A DNA stretch of 64,000 nucleotides from the NCBI GenBank assembly GCA_973895155.1, contig OZ316895.1:15568816-15632815 (forward strand), given 5' to 3'. Shown here piece after piece: positions 50,031 through 64,000 of the stretch. Positions within the stretch are counted from its first letter, which is position 1. Each line of letters starts with the position of its first letter. Origin of the DNA: Marsupella aquatica (taxonomy: Eukaryota; Plantae; Marchantiophyta). A program made the translations under genes and the position numbers. The notes beneath the pieces were generated by a model. It saw nothing but the letters and a program-made list of their open reading frames with translations, had not been told where the DNA came from and did not search any database.

Positions 50031-53000
50031 TTGGCAACAACCCATTCGTAGACAACATTTTTGTCACAACAATATGTCATTTGGGCCAGCTCTCTTTTCA
50101 CCCATAATCACAATACAACACAACATTTGCAACAACCTCACTTGTGTTATGTGTACAATTTTAATTGGACAACACTGTGCAATGAGCAGGCACAGGGCTA
50201 TTGAATATAATACTAAAGATTGCATATTGTTTACTCTGTTCAACTGATGATCATGGTCACATTCCTTTTATTGGGTTTATATCTGCTTTGAATGGGGTTC
50301 CCCTAGCAAACACTTTTCCTATGAATCCCTCCAAGCAATATTTCTTACAACTCTAGATCTCCTTTTCTCACAACTACAATATGACTACACTTTCCACAAC
50401 AAAACCTGACTTCAATGAGAGCCAGGCCACAACAGCCCGCGCAACAGTGACAGTTTGGCAATAACAACACAATCGCAATGACAAATTTTGCCACAACAAC
50501 CCAGCGGCAATGACAATTGTGCAAGGCACGGGCACCAGATCGACTGAGAAGATTCCTGAGTACGCACCTAAACCATTATTGTCTCGTGTCTATAATAAAT
50601 AATATGTCTTTTGTCCTAAACCAAAGCCTGAATAGGTAAAGACTTGGTCCTTGCCCATCCCCATGGACCGAGAAAAGTCATCAGCTAGGATGATTGAAAG
50701 TCATCATGAGGATGATTCACACTAGAAAGAAAAAGGGAATGGTTGCTTTGTGGAAGGAAGTTCCACTTTCATGAACAACACCCCAAATAGTTTTTGCAGG
50801 CAAGTGTCCTTTTATTACGGACCCCCATCGGAAGCTCCTGTCCCAAATCCCTGGAAACACGTGAAAACCACATCAACCCTATTTTTCATAAATAAGAACT
50901 GTTAGTTATGCAAGAAGAAACAAACATGAACTATTCATTTTTTAGGCAAGGCAAAGTAACACAATCAAATCCCATAATTGTAAAAACATAAAAGAAAACT
51001 AAAAAACAACATTTCAAATATACAAGAAAGGGGTAAGGAAAATAAACTTGGATGAATTGTGATTGATATATCAGTGTTTTTGTAAATTGTTACCATTTTC
51101 TATTTAATTGGTAAATTTTTGAAATAGCCATGGGTAGAAGGGTTTTTATATTAAGGAAGTAAATGTTACAGTAGCCAAAAAGTGAAGTCTCCTGAGGAAA
51201 GTAGTTCACAATATTTGACCATTTTTGAAATTGTAAAAAAACAATGCAAATGATCTCAAAGATAACTCAAACTTTCGGAGGTAATATATAGGACATAAGA
51301 GAGCATGCTGGAAAAAAATTGTGTTTAATAAACAGAGATATAAACAATGTCCAATTAAACTCACATAGACAAGCCAGCTGCAAAGTCTACCAAAACCTAG
51401 CAGCTTATTGTTGATTGGGGCGCCCGGAAAAACTACTCGAGGAATCATTATTTCTCAAAAGTGAAGTATGTTTCCTTTTTCCCTTTCACATGGGAGGGGG
51501 CCTTTCCCCCTGTTTCTGTCTTCACCGTCTTCTTTCGGCAGTGGGTGTCTGTGGTTCTTCAACGGGCTCAGATTTCACCCTCCTTCGTAGGGCTTAGGCA
51601 ATTGCTTTTAGGGCCTCCCGATAGGTTTCATTTCGTGACCCTCCTATGCGGTTTACTCCAGAGCTCTAAGAGATTTTTTCAGTTCTCCGCTCAGTAGGGT
51701 GTTAGCCTTCACATACGGCTCCTTTGTTAGTTACTTTTTGGTCTTTGTTTTTTAGTTGGCTTTTGGTTTGAGAACCCTTCACCTTGGTTTTCTTGGGGCC
51801 CTTTCCCCTCTTTTCCACCCTTTCATTGGGTTGCTTTGACATTGAGATCATGTCTCCCCGTTTGGCGTTTTTGGCCCTTGGGCACTCTGATATATATATG
51901 AAGACTAGAAATTAATGTTTTTAGAAAGCAATGTTGCGTTGGTCTATCAGAGCATCTTGTCAAACCTGGTGGTCCATGTTGGTCCATGGGAGTTTCAGTT
52001 GCTTCGTTCCTCACCTTTCTTTTCAGCACTGCCGACGAGGTGTGTGATTTCGTGAAATTTAGACGAGGTTTAGGTTTCAGTCGCACTGATCGTCCTCTCT
52101 ACATTCTCCGAGCTTTCTGCAAGATTGTAGCGCCTGCCAGATTGTTCAGCTTCTCCCTCGACTTTGGGCCTCGACGAGCTGGGAGCAAGTTGCAGCCGAG
52201 AGGAAGCAACAAGATTCGGCAAGCTCGTCTGACCTCCCTCACAACAGTAAGTTCCAGATACGAGTCTGCTGCCTTCTCGTCCCCCTCAATTCTGGCAAAG
52301 TTTCATTGCACTTAGAGTGATTGCTGTTTCTTGGGCGGTGTTAGATTGAGAGGCTGCTTTGTATGTTGATTTCCCTGGTGCTCCTGTGAAAATCCGTCTC
52401 CTCGAATGAACTTTTCTTTGTTTTTCAACCTTCTGTTTTCATTTCCTCCCGTGATACCTCTGGATGAATGGGTATTTAATATGGTGGCTCATCAGCAAGG
52501 ATTTTAGCAAGGAGTCCAGGTCTCGAGTACCACGAGGCACAATGCAAGGAACTGGACCACCAAGGAGATGGAAGGGGAAGATAATGAGAGCTTAGTGGTA
52601 GGACGAGTTTAGCCAATGGGATTATGAGAGAGGGAAGTGAAGAGGTTCTTTTGTTACAGCTAAGCTTTGCTCCATCTATCGTCGGAAACATCTCTGGTTG
52701 TGCTCTTGGTGCGAACATCTGTGGTCTGTTTTGGTTTGGTGAGAGTGTCCCCCTCTGCTGTTCTTTCAGAGGAGGATTGTCCCGTCGATGTTGCCTAAGA
52801 AACTGTTTCCTGCATTTTCCTCTTAACGATTGGAGTCTGCAGTGTAGTACTGATTGCTTGGCTTCCTTGGTTTGGTTAAAATTTGTTTTTTGTTGGTTCT
52901 CGCCGTGGGCATTAAGGGCGAAAGAAAGCTAATAACATTTGCTCTGGTTATTCCCGAGCGTAGCGCGGGCTGTGCCTTCAATAAATCCGCTGTCTCACCT

Positions 53001-54609
53001 TATTACGTCATGTATTAGTCCTGGTGGTATTGGTCCTCTGAACCCTGATAATTGGCAAATGAGTTCAGGTGAATTCGACTTGCGAGAGAACTCAGGCGTT
53101 ACGGTTCGGATCACTGTCGTTTGTATCGTCCACGCAGTAGTCGCATCTTCGGGAAATCTCTCGTACCCCTACCGTGGTCGTTGTCGGGGAGTTTTTCTAT
53201 TCCACTTCGTCTCCGAATCGTGTTTTGCGCTTCGCCGCGGTACTACTCATCCGGCAAGATGATCTATGATGTGAACTCCGGCCTGTTCCGTTCCTTCTTG
53301 AGCCAGAAGGGCGGCGCTGCAGACAAGAGGTGAGTGAAGTCTCCTTTTCGTCTGTTGTTCCTTTCATTCTTCTCGCACTGCTTCCAACTTATTATCCCTT
53401 CTTTCGGTTGTTTGTTTTTCCTCTCTTTTGTCCGTTCTTGCGTTTGGGGTTGTGCATGTTCCGATGTTCATAGTTTTGGGGGTTTTGGTAGACTACTGTT
53501 GAAATCTTACTTACCAAACGACTTCTTTGTCGAATGGCTTTCAGGAAGCAAGAGGAGCACAAGCCCAATATGCAAAAACCTAAATCAAACGAGAACAAGC
53601 CTGTTATGAATGAGTGACCCGAAGATGATTGATGATCACAATTTGGTCACTTCTGAGTGCACTTTACGGAATATGGGATGATATCCGGGTAGAGCAGATT
53701 TGGTAGCGGAATTATGATTCGTCCTAGTCATGTGGTTGTTTTCAAGCAATGAATAAGACCTTAATTTTTGGGCTCACATGCTGGAAAAACCTGCGGAGGT
53801 TACCCAGACTTCTTCTGGATTTTGACGCTTGAGACTCGAAAACCTCGATGGTCATATTTGTATCTACACTGACCTGTTGGAATATACAGCCTCTCAGTTC
53901 ATAATACACTGGATTTGCCTCGTGCCAGAATTCTTTATCGACGACCTTGGTCTCACTGGTAATGCTCGTCTCTCCTAATTCAGGGCTTATCTTTTTCACA
54001 GGTTTAGGGTTTAGCGTACGGTGGTCGGCACAAACCGCTCTTTGGAGGTTGAGTGCCTATGTTCAATTGCCTTAATTAATGTACTTAGAGCATCCGGATA
54101 GTTGGAATGATTTTAGGACCTTCCGCTTGAATCACCATCCACCACTGTCAAGCAGAGGAAAAATTTCAGTTCTTTTGGCTTCAATTGTTTTACTGCAATG
54201 CCATACTTCACTTCAGCCGTCAGTTCTGTGCAAATTGAGGACGAACACAGCTTTACTAGTAGCAGGAAACCATATACACCAGGCAGACATGACACAGAAG
54301 GGTGTCACTCGTCATAGGAGATGCACACAGGTTCACATTGGTTACTTCTAAAGTTTACTAACAAGATGTTTGGTCTTGATTTGTGTGCAAACCTACTACG
54401 AGTACTTAACTACTGGCAGCAGACCATATACAGTAGTGTTAATTTGACAAGCACGGAACCATTCTTAGCATGAACTAGACGGATTACTCGCTCAAGGTTA
54501 ACTAGCCTGATTACTTGTTCCCTGGACGAAAATAGAGATAAACCTTGCAAAAGAATCTAAGTATGTTTCTCCTTCATGTTTGCCCCATTCGTCCTTTTGG
54601 TATGCTTCT

Positions 54610-55215
54610 TACCGTTCTATCCTTATTAGTTTTAATAGTCTAGAGGCTTCACTATAGAAGTTTAGACCCCAACCAGTTCTATCCTTATTAGTTTTGTCTT
54701 ATTTAGAAGTCTAGACCCCAACCAGTTATATCCTTATCTAGAAGTCTAGACCCCAACCAGTTATATCCTTAATAGTTTTGTTTTACTTAGAGGTATAGTA
54801 TAGAGGCTTCATTCTAGAAGTCTTATCTAGAAGTCTAGACCCCAACCAGTTATATCCTTGTTAGTTTTGTTTTACTTAGAATTATAGTCTAGAGGGCCAC
54901 AACCCTAGCTGCTGTTTGTGATTAGTTATATGGATATGAACATGGCAGGAACTGTTATCTAGGCATATAGTCTAGAGGCTTCACTCCAGAAAGCTAGATC
55001 TTAACTCTAGTTTCTGGCTTCATTCTAGAAGTCTAGACTTCAACTCTAATTTTTCTATTCGTGATTAGTAATGTATTCACTCTAGAAGTCTAGATCTCAA
55101 CTCTAGTTTGTGTTCCTGATTAGTTATGTAGATGTGAACATTGTGTGGTATAGTCTAGAGGTCTCACTCTCGAAGTCTAGACTCCAACTCTAGTTTCTGT
55201 TCGTGATTAATTATA
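54610..55215. repeat. Degenerate tandem array rich in TCTAGA (TCTAGAGGCTTCACTCTAGAAGTCTAGACCCCAAC)
   Basis: Repeated units are visible directly, and related motifs occur at 46435-46540. Confidence 0.8.
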
Positions 55216-56337
55216 TAGATATGAACATTGCAGGAGCCGCAGGTGAATAGAAAAAAATTGAAAATCTTCTTAGTGCTAGTATGAACAGTGCAAGAAGGGA
55301 GAGTGGGATGCACTGAAAAATGAAAACCTTTGAAAACACACGTAAGAGGTTCCTTTATTTGACATTTACTCATTGTCTAATCTTTGGGCAACTGGAGAAT
55401 GCAAACCTTTGAAATGCACGTTAAAGCAACCACTGTATTTAGTTCACTTGTTGACAAGGTTGTACTTATGGCCATGTGGTTGTTGGTGGGGCAATATCTG
55501 TGCATGGCACAGAAATATTGAGGTGAGGATTGTTGTTGTGACCATGTGATTGTTAGTTAACAATACTCAGACCTGTGTTGCACAGAAATTTCAAGGTGAG
55601 ACAAAGAATTGCAAGTGAGACAAGTGTTATTGTTCCTATTGTGTAATCATCTTATTGTGAAATCATGTTTGTCGATCCAAAAGTAGTTCCTATTGTGTAC
55701 TCATGTTTGTGGGTCCAAAAGTCTTGTCATCTTGGTTGGTGGCTTTTACAAAAATGTTATCATTATGTTCAATATTGTTGTTATGGAAATGTTCTTGTTG
55801 TGAGGACCAGGCACATGGACATGAGATAGGTGACCAAGACTGCAGAGTCCAAGCATGAATGCCCAACTGGAGGGATATTTTTATATTATCTCGTTCATTT
55901 TGTTTTGTTTATTTCCCTTTCTATCATGGGCAGGAGTGGGCAGGCACATGGCATCTCTGGGCAGGCAGGTGAGGTAGGAGGGGTGTTTGGGTGGGTTGGC
56001 TATGCAAAAAACTCATTTTTATGAATGGTTGGGATTTGATCCTTTTTCCCCTATTTTGTAAGCAGTTGGTCCCCCATTTTGGCATTGTTTCTTATAGTGT
56101 TTGATATACAGAATTGAGTGTCATTAATAAGGCACATCTAATTAATAAGTGCACACATTGTAGCACCTTTGTGTCATAGCACTTGAGTGTACTTTTCATT
56201 GGATTGTGTCATAGAACTTGATTGTACTTTTCATTAGTCATTCACTTTTCTTTGCATGTGCTCTACTTATATTACTTTATCCACTCACACTTAATATGTA
56301 TTCTATTTCTATACTCTTATTTTATCTACTTATATAT

Positions 56338-56450
56338 CACTACAAGACAAATTAGTTTGTGGACCCCTTGGCTTGTGGACCCCTTGGCTAATTGACAGCA
56401 TGGTTATCACAAATAGTTGTCAAAATCAGGTCTTTTCGCTACATGCTACC
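56338..56450 (+). mobile_element. Isolated CACTA-like terminus
   Basis: CACTACAAGACAAA followed by a duplicated TTGTGGACCCCTTGGC. No matched opposite end with TSD was found. Confidence 0.3.
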
Positions 56451-59400
56451 AAATTCTCAAACTACGAGAGTCAGAATTCAATCCGTGGCAAGTCCATTTG
56501 CAATTAGATAAATGTCTGATAAAATGAATTGTATCAGTTCGTTGAGTTCAAGTTCGAACCATGGCTAGCAATGTACCTTAATTGCAAAGGGCCGGAATTC
56601 TTACACCAAGTGCCAATTACCCTTCAACAAGGAAGTTATCAAGTTAGTTATTATTTGTTATATGAAAAATATTTTTTAAATCTTTGAATTTAAGTTTTAA
56701 TATTGGAAATGTAACTAAAACGGTTACATAGTGACAGTTTTAATCGTCTTGTTCTTTGCATTTCTAATTTTTTATTTTTCTTTTTACGGTATGGTGTCCC
56801 AAAATTTATACCCAAATTGACACAAATATGAATGAAAACTATAAATTTGATTCACAAAACTGATGAGTCTTGTTTGTTGCGGTTGTTGTTGATGTGACAC
56901 ACTCTGGTGCCCGGGATTTTGGAAGGGACCTCTCATGGGGTCTGTAAATATGAAGCATGTTCCAAGATGAGCATGCTATAATTCAAACTTGGAAAGTTCA
57001 ATTTTCTTGCCTTTCACTCAATCCCAAATTGTTTTGATTTGCTGAGCTGATTAAAATAGAGAATACTTTTAACCCAGGTTTCTGCTGGGTATTAAGACAA
57101 AGAAAAAGTGTGACATCTTGGGACAAAATTTGCCACTAACCTTCCTTCTTGCGAGATCTGATGGTCATCCTGAAATTACGATAGATCTAACATGTGCATT
57201 ATTACTCAAAGGTGACCGTCTACTATTAACAGACCCTAAGGACTAGACTGTACCCTACATAGCCCAACACTGAAATAAAAACTGACTAGAGCAAGAGACT
57301 GGTGGCCTTACCTTATATCGAAAAACCCTGACTAGTGCCATATTTCTTTCATGTGGGTCCTGTGGGAGAACCTGCTCTGGTGGAGGAGAGGCTGGCTGGC
57401 ACACTGACATTGACACATTGTGGAGGCTGAAATCATGGTACTGGCTCAGTTTTCCATGTGTTTGCACGTATCAATGGCGGCCCCCACAAACTTGTCCTAG
57501 GTCCCGTGCATGCAAGCGGAATTAGGGCCCATAAAATCAGCGTTTAGTAGTGATTTCTTAGTTGTGGGAAATTCCTGCCAACATCTAGATTACAGAGAAA
57601 AAATAGGTGAAAATGTAAGTGACATTTGCCAAAAATCTGCCTTTAGCCGCAGTTGCATTGCCAGATCTTTGAAGATCTGGCAGCTTTCCTTAAGATCAGG
57701 AAAGAACCAACGGTTTCCATAGATTTATAAATATTTTTAAAGAATATTAGATGGGTCCGATATATTTTCCTTCCTAAACCCTTGAGGCATTTGCCAGTCA
57801 AACTCCATTACAAAACACAGAAAAAAACAAGGGAACTTGAGGGCCCGCTTTTGCAATGCGTCCTCGGTCAGCGGAATGTACTCAAATCGAGGTCGAATGC
57901 ATTATTTCACTGTATATCAGAGAGGACAAAATATGAATGTCACCATGATCTGACTTACAGTATACACAGTAATATGCAATTTGTTTTTCTTCGATACTGT
58001 ATATACCCTCATTACTGAGTCAGAAGCGTGGATGGGATCCCAAAATGTTCTTTGCGTAAATGTAAATAGTGTTTAATCTAGGTTTCAATAAGTTTCATGG
58101 AAGTGTGAGCTGAAGTTTGGATCCATCTTGATCAAGGGAAGTGGAGGGAAGAGCAATATTGCGTGTCCACACACAAGAAGCATGTCCATTCGAGTTGTTT
58201 GTCAAATGTTGAGGTCCATCCCACCTTCTCTTACCTCCAAAAAGAATTAGAACTGAGAAAGCCCGTGAAAAAGGTATCATAGTCACACATGCTATGCTAT
58301 GGAGTAACTTTCATATCCACATGTGTTTTGTATTCAGACTTAACTTTTTGGGTCCTTGGGGAGTCCCACATCCAAAAATTATGCCTTACACAGGCTACAT
58401 TAGTCTCAACACAACAACAATAAGACACTCTATATCCGGATCACTGGGTCTGTCCACAAGGATAAATACCCTTTTGAACAAAGTGGACAAATCACTGAAA
58501 TTTGGTACATTGATGAAAGGGGCAGGAGCCATGGATGGGCAGGGACAGGCCCAAACCACTATGCTTGGAGCACAGTGGATGGAAGTATGTGCAAGGGGAA
58601 GGGGGCACCAGGAGGGATTTTACTCTCTCCTTTTTGTCTTGCAATGTTTTTGCCCCTTTTCAGCAATTTTGATGTTTTGCTTTCAGAAAAATGTCATTCT
58701 GTAGGGAGTCTCGAACATTAGAAGACACGGGCTTTTAGTCAGGCCGGCGAGAGTGTGCGGTGTACCATGTTGTCAGCCACTCCTTTCCATCTGGGATTTT
58801 GGCTAATGGCAGGCCGACCAGCTACAAACCCTCTCAAAGTTTACCACGCCATCCCACCCCCCCATGGTTACCCATGCCCAAAAGCCACGTCCCGGCCATG
58901 GTCTTGGTCATGATTTTTTGAGGTGAGTATCCCATTCTGCAACAAGGACTACAAAAGTTGAGACACCCTACTGGTAGTGAATATTAGAATTCAACACAGA
59001 GACCTTCATTCCCGGTTTCCCTGTTTCACACCAGGCTGTACCTATACGGGCAAATTACACAGAACGTCGGGCGACGAGGCCGCATAATCCAACGGCGCCA
59101 ACCACCCCTGACGGAAGATCCTTCCGTTGGAGACGGAGTGCCTCTTCCGTTAGGGACGGCCTCTGACGTCGCGCAGGTAAAAACATTTTCCAACCACCGG
59201 GAATCAATTTAATTGAAAAAAGGCGGGTACAGTAACTGGCCCACCGTAACAACAGTGACATTGAAGACTGGGCTGTTCCCCACCACAGTTCGCTCCGGAT
59301 AGAACCCGGTAACAGAACCCGGTAATTAATTTATTCCGCACTGATCACCTTCACTCCCATACCGTACGGAGGAAACGTTGTGGCGTACCGGATGAATCCG

Positions 59401-62400
59401 AGGTATCTTGTAATCTGAACCGTTACTTTATAAAATGCATGGCTGGGAGTTCTTCTAATTTCTGGATAATTTCTAGATATTTCAAACATTCTTGCGGCCA
59501 TGTACAATACTGAACGTCTGAATTTACCTTGATTACCGAGGGCTTTCACTATTCACGGTCACACACTTGGAATCCGGCGCGATGCCGTAAATGAGTAAAG
59601 CAATCGGCAGTTTTCGAGTTTGCGTCCGGGAAAATGCCGGCCGTAAAATTGGATTCGAACACAATCATGTGAATGTGAGCTCGAGCTTGAAATGAGAGAA
59701 ACAGAGAGCGAGAGAGAGGAAGTGGCAAGAATCGAAAGAATGATCGTCGATGTCAGTCATCATGGTTCGAGGTGCTCGTTAATGATGAAGGGACTGGACT
59801 GGACTGGACTTCGAGATAAATTACTGATCAGTACTACAGTAGGCAGGAACAGCGTTGCCAATGGCGGTGATGCCGTTGCTCGACCCGTTCCTGAAATGGA
59901 GATGGAGAGCTGTGTGAGTGTATGAGATCAGTGATGCGGGTGGTTTATGAGCCGCTGAGGCACCACCGCCTTAGCGCAAGAGAGATTGGAGATTGATAAG
60001 GGAGGTTGTGAATCTGTGATGAAGCGCATTACATTACGGTGGTTTACAATTATTGAGGTGGAGCTTGAAGGGCAGGAGGAGGTGATTATCTCATTGCATG
60101 ACCTGCCTGCCTGGGTTGTGGCGCCCGGGGGTTGGCAACCGTAGGAGAGAGGCAGAAGAGAGGCAAACAATGCACGTGCTCAGTGAAGCAGAAGAGCTTA
60201 ATGCTGCAGGCTTTTCGTTACACTCCACTATCATTCATGAGGTCCCGGGACCTCTATCTTTTCGTTGACTACATTTGCAGCATTCACCTAGCTCCATCAT
60301 TCATCTAGCTCCATCATTTTTCTGGCACGTGGGGGGCGATGATGATGCGGACTGGTCTTGCTGGAATCCGGTCTAGTCCCGTCACAAAGAAACGCAAGAG
60401 GGGAGGCACAGAGACGAATGCACAGGCAGAGAGACCAAATCTCTGAGTTTGAATGTCCGCTGGTACCTGGAGGGAGAGTGCGATATAAATTTTATCCGTC
60501 GATTGAAGAGGAGATTGAGTCGAGAAGTTGGCATGTGGAAGGAGCGACCTTATTCTGTCGTCGTTGGAAGGTGGAGCTTCAAGTCAAATATAATGTAGGC
60601 CAATGGAGGAGCATAGAAGGTCGGATTTTGATTGTAGACGAGCCTCTGCATCGTACTGAATCAACAAAAGAAAGCGGATGGCCAGAGAATTACGGATGTT
60701 CGTTTTTATTGTGCCAATATAAGGTGGCTTACTTCTTGCGCTCCTATCCAAAGGCTATGGCCTTTCTAGAAACAGAATGTGAGGTAAGGGCGAAGGAATC
60801 TTGCACGCGACAGGAGATGAATTCTCTCGGGTTTATCAATCTGTATGCTGTGGGAGGAAATGAGAGATTGCTGTGCCAATCTTAAGGCATGATTATGCTT
60901 GCGGATTGCCCTTGCTGCCATTGTTGTGGCTTGCATTACTTCTTCAGGGGCAGGCGATTGAAGTACAGAACAGGTCCTGCAGGGAACCGTATTTCACATG
61001 CTGTACATCTGGAGACGACGAATATGGATGGACTTTTTGTAGATGACGTTAAATAGATCAGTAGAGGAACGTGACGGAGAGGCATGCAGGCGAGCAGAAC
61101 CAGCGAAGTGGAGCATGGATGTCCAGGGAAATTTTCAAAAGCCACTGAAGCGGAGTTGAGTTCATCTTTCAAAACGAAATACAGTACAATGTGGGGGACG
61201 TTTAATAAAGCCCGGCGAAGCATGATCTGCTTACCTCATCCTACTGCAGTTTGTTCCAATGTTCGCACAAGCATTGTTAACCCTGTTGCGCAGGTGTGCA
61301 ATCTTCCTTGCCCCTCTGCCCCCTCCACGATCTGTCTGGTGACTACCCAATTCTTCGTCCCAAATTGTGTGGTGTGCTCGAATATAATAAGCAAATGCTG
61401 ACACACTTTGTTAGCTTCACCATAGCTTTGTGATTGCTCTTGCTATTAAAATCAATTTGGGTAAGTTTGTTCCGTGCACCTCCTTGATCTGCTCAACCTC
61501 ATTCCTGTGGTCCTAGAAACAATGCAAACTAGCCCCTTGCAATACCTTGGATCTTCGTTTTAGATACCACCATCTGGGCATTAATCGGGATGCGTCCGGA
61601 TGTTGTTGGGATCTGAAGTGCTGATGCCAGGCTCAGTCCGTGCAAGCACACCAATGCACATTTCACAGTCCAGCAGTAGACACATACTACTTGGAGCTAG
61701 TCATATGAACGAAGTCGTCTTCCATCAGAATGAATGGACGTCCTTAAACTAGCTTTGTCATCCCAACTAGCTTTGTCATCCCTGAACGTGGGTGAGCAAT
61801 ACCCCTCTCTCTCTCTCAACCTCAGCATTACGGCCGAAGATGTCTATAAGTCACCACCATTGGAATGATGGCCTGGTGTTAGAAGCACGTGTCATTTGGG
61901 TCCATCTGAGAAGGGTTAAATCCAAACCTCGGGGTGGCGGTCTCTCTCCTTCGATGATTAATTCTCGTTGTAGGCAACGAAGCTCCATTACGGAGGCAAG
62001 ATTCTGGCCTACTGAAGCTAGAAGTATTAATGAACTCTCTGAAATTAAGAGAGCTCATCGAAACTAGATTATGATGTGCCTTTCTAATTTATGACTACGG
62101 TGCAGCTACAAGAGTTGCCTTGAATCGTAGATTTCATGATGCCAATATAACTTGGCTCCGGAATCAGGATGTCAGATGGTAAGCTGAGGGATATAGGTGC
62201 TAACCTGTTTTTCCATTCTGGACCAGGTGCAACCAGTTTCTTTCAGGGAGCAGGTTGAATTCCTTGACTGGTTGAAGGACCGGGGTCAGGAAGATGCTTA
62301 TCAGTCAACAACGGTGGGCATATCCGCGCATGGCAGGTGACAAACTCGAGTTGATTGCCACAGCATGCACTGCCAGCTTGACGTTTTCTTTGGTGTGGAG

Positions 62401-62417
62401 ACTTTTCAAACGTGATG

Positions 62418-62580
62418 AAACGTATTCGTCTTCGTCAATCAATCCACACCGAGTATCTGTCTCTCTAAACAAACGTATTCGCCTTCTTCAACCAGTCCAC
62501 ACCGAGTATCTGTCTCTTAACACACATATTCGTCTGCTTCAATCAATCCACACCGAGTATCTGACTCTTAACAAACATAA
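62418..62580. repeat. Three ~52-bp tandem repeats
   Basis: TATTCG.CT.C.TCAA.CA.TCCACACCGAGTATCTG.CTCT units near 62418, 62471 and 62523. Confidence 0.85.
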
Positions 62581-64000
62581 ATCAATTCTACGCGAACGAA
62601 GTCTCACGCTATTGCTGCATTATTTCAGGGCGTTGTTTGCAACAAGGCCAATCCAAAGTGGAGAGCGAGTTCTCCGAGTTTCACATGATTTGGTATGCAC
62701 TTTTGAGTAATCATTCCAGGAAAGTACTTTATAATTGTTTACTCACAAAATGCATTTGCGATCTCGCATTACATCCGCGGGAGAGATGTATGTGTGCATG
62801 CAAAGAGGAGCTAACAGTTTAAGGTTTGTCATATCTCGACTGTGAGGAAACGTCAAAAAATGGATATTAATGTGGTATTGTTCCAGAATTTCGAACCCTT
62901 GTAGGGCGAAGAGCAAGTACCCATGGAGTCTTGCCTACTACAAGCCTAAGTGATCTGACTTCCATCTACTTGGTCCTTGAATTGCAATTCAGTTAATTAC
63001 ACCAGACAAGCTGCCGAAGGAAGTAATCGATTTTCTGCCCAAAGATGTCAGTGAATGGGCTCGTTTGGCGCTCTTTCTGATTGCAGAGCAGCACAAGGGT
63101 CAGGTAGGACACTCTGTCGTGTAATTGTATTGTCTTACATTCTTTTGGAAATATTTCGAAGCGTTTTCTTCATGGACAGGATGTGGAACTTCTGATAGAG
63201 GTAGTAGCGCCTATAGTTATCCAGGCCAGGTAGTTGCACGTTGATTCAATAGCTGCTGACAATGAGCATGTCAAATGAGTCTCTCGGATCTCCACCTCAC
63301 CAGCACTACGCGCGGACGAGGGGGATATTTATGAACGTTTGCAGGGAGGATGTTTACGTATATTAAATTTCAAACATTTAGTGGAAGCAATTCGAAAGTT
63401 TCAGAAAACGCTGGTGAAATCTCACGAATTTATTGAGACTTCGGTGTTATGAAATTGTTTTGGTGCAGAGGTCAACTTGGGCTCCGTACATCAGCTGTCT
63501 GCCATCACCAGGAGCAATCCATAGTACGGTGTGTAGAAAACATTTATGGCCTTAGTTTCTGAATGTTTTAACTTCAGACCTAAGATTAACGAAACTAAAT
63601 TGCTTCGAGTGAAGTGTCCAAGTCAATCGTTTAGAGCTGAATTAAGCAACCTAGTTTAGAGTTGTTTTGTGCGGAGCGAAGTCAAGATAGGACGCCACGA
63701 TGTTATTGAAGTCTCCTTATCAGAACAAGTGGCACTATTCTGCAGTCATTTGGATCAAACTTCGTAATGCTGTTGCCTTGAATGAGAACACCTTCGAATT
63801 CATAAAATGTCAAACCTAGAAAAAGTGACCATGATCCAACTATTTGTACATATGGGATTTTTTGGGGGCTCGATGGAAGCTGTACTAAGAGATTTGCCTT
63901 TCATAATCTATAGGTGTTCTGGAAGAAAGAAGAGCTAGAATTGGTACGACATAGTTCATTACACAGAGAGACTGCACAACGGAGAGCTATTATTACAGCA

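Noticed and set aside
51400-54000. ORF cluster suggesting a LINE or other retroelement gene
   Set aside because: No reverse transcriptase, endonuclease, gag or integrase motif was recognisable.
56338-57552. Complete CACTA element pairing CACTACAAGA with TAGTAGTG
   Set aside because: The termini share little beyond CACTAC and the 3-bp flanks (TAT and ATT) differ.

Overview
Eukaryotic genomic DNA with GT-AG introns, most consistent with a non-seed land plant (inference from the F-box, full-size ABCG and DUF674 genes and from telobox motifs). 1 to ~8.8 kb is the right-hand part of a decayed, multi-gene DNA transposon. It carries a DUF7869/Sola-like DDD transposase (+), a convergent large gene ending in a prokaryote-type beta-class N4C/N6A amino-methyltransferase domain with a possible ParB-like remnant (-), and a Cys/His-rich orphan ORF (-). 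About 19 copies of the 14-bp palindrome CGATAAATTTATCG sit in its non-coding parts, and a CCCGGG-dense array lies near its end. Host genes follow: an intronless F-box gene (16.7-17.9 kb); a 17-exon full-size ABCG/PDR-like gene (30.1-39.6 kb) in which both ATPase sites look catalytically degenerate and one symmetric exon encodes a PDZ-like domain; and two divergently oriented DUF674 genes (41.1-46.1 kb). Intergenic space holds a tRNA-derived SINE, MITE-like inverted repeats, CACTA-like and LTR-like remnants and many short tandem repeats. All family assignments come from motif recognition by eye; no searches were run.
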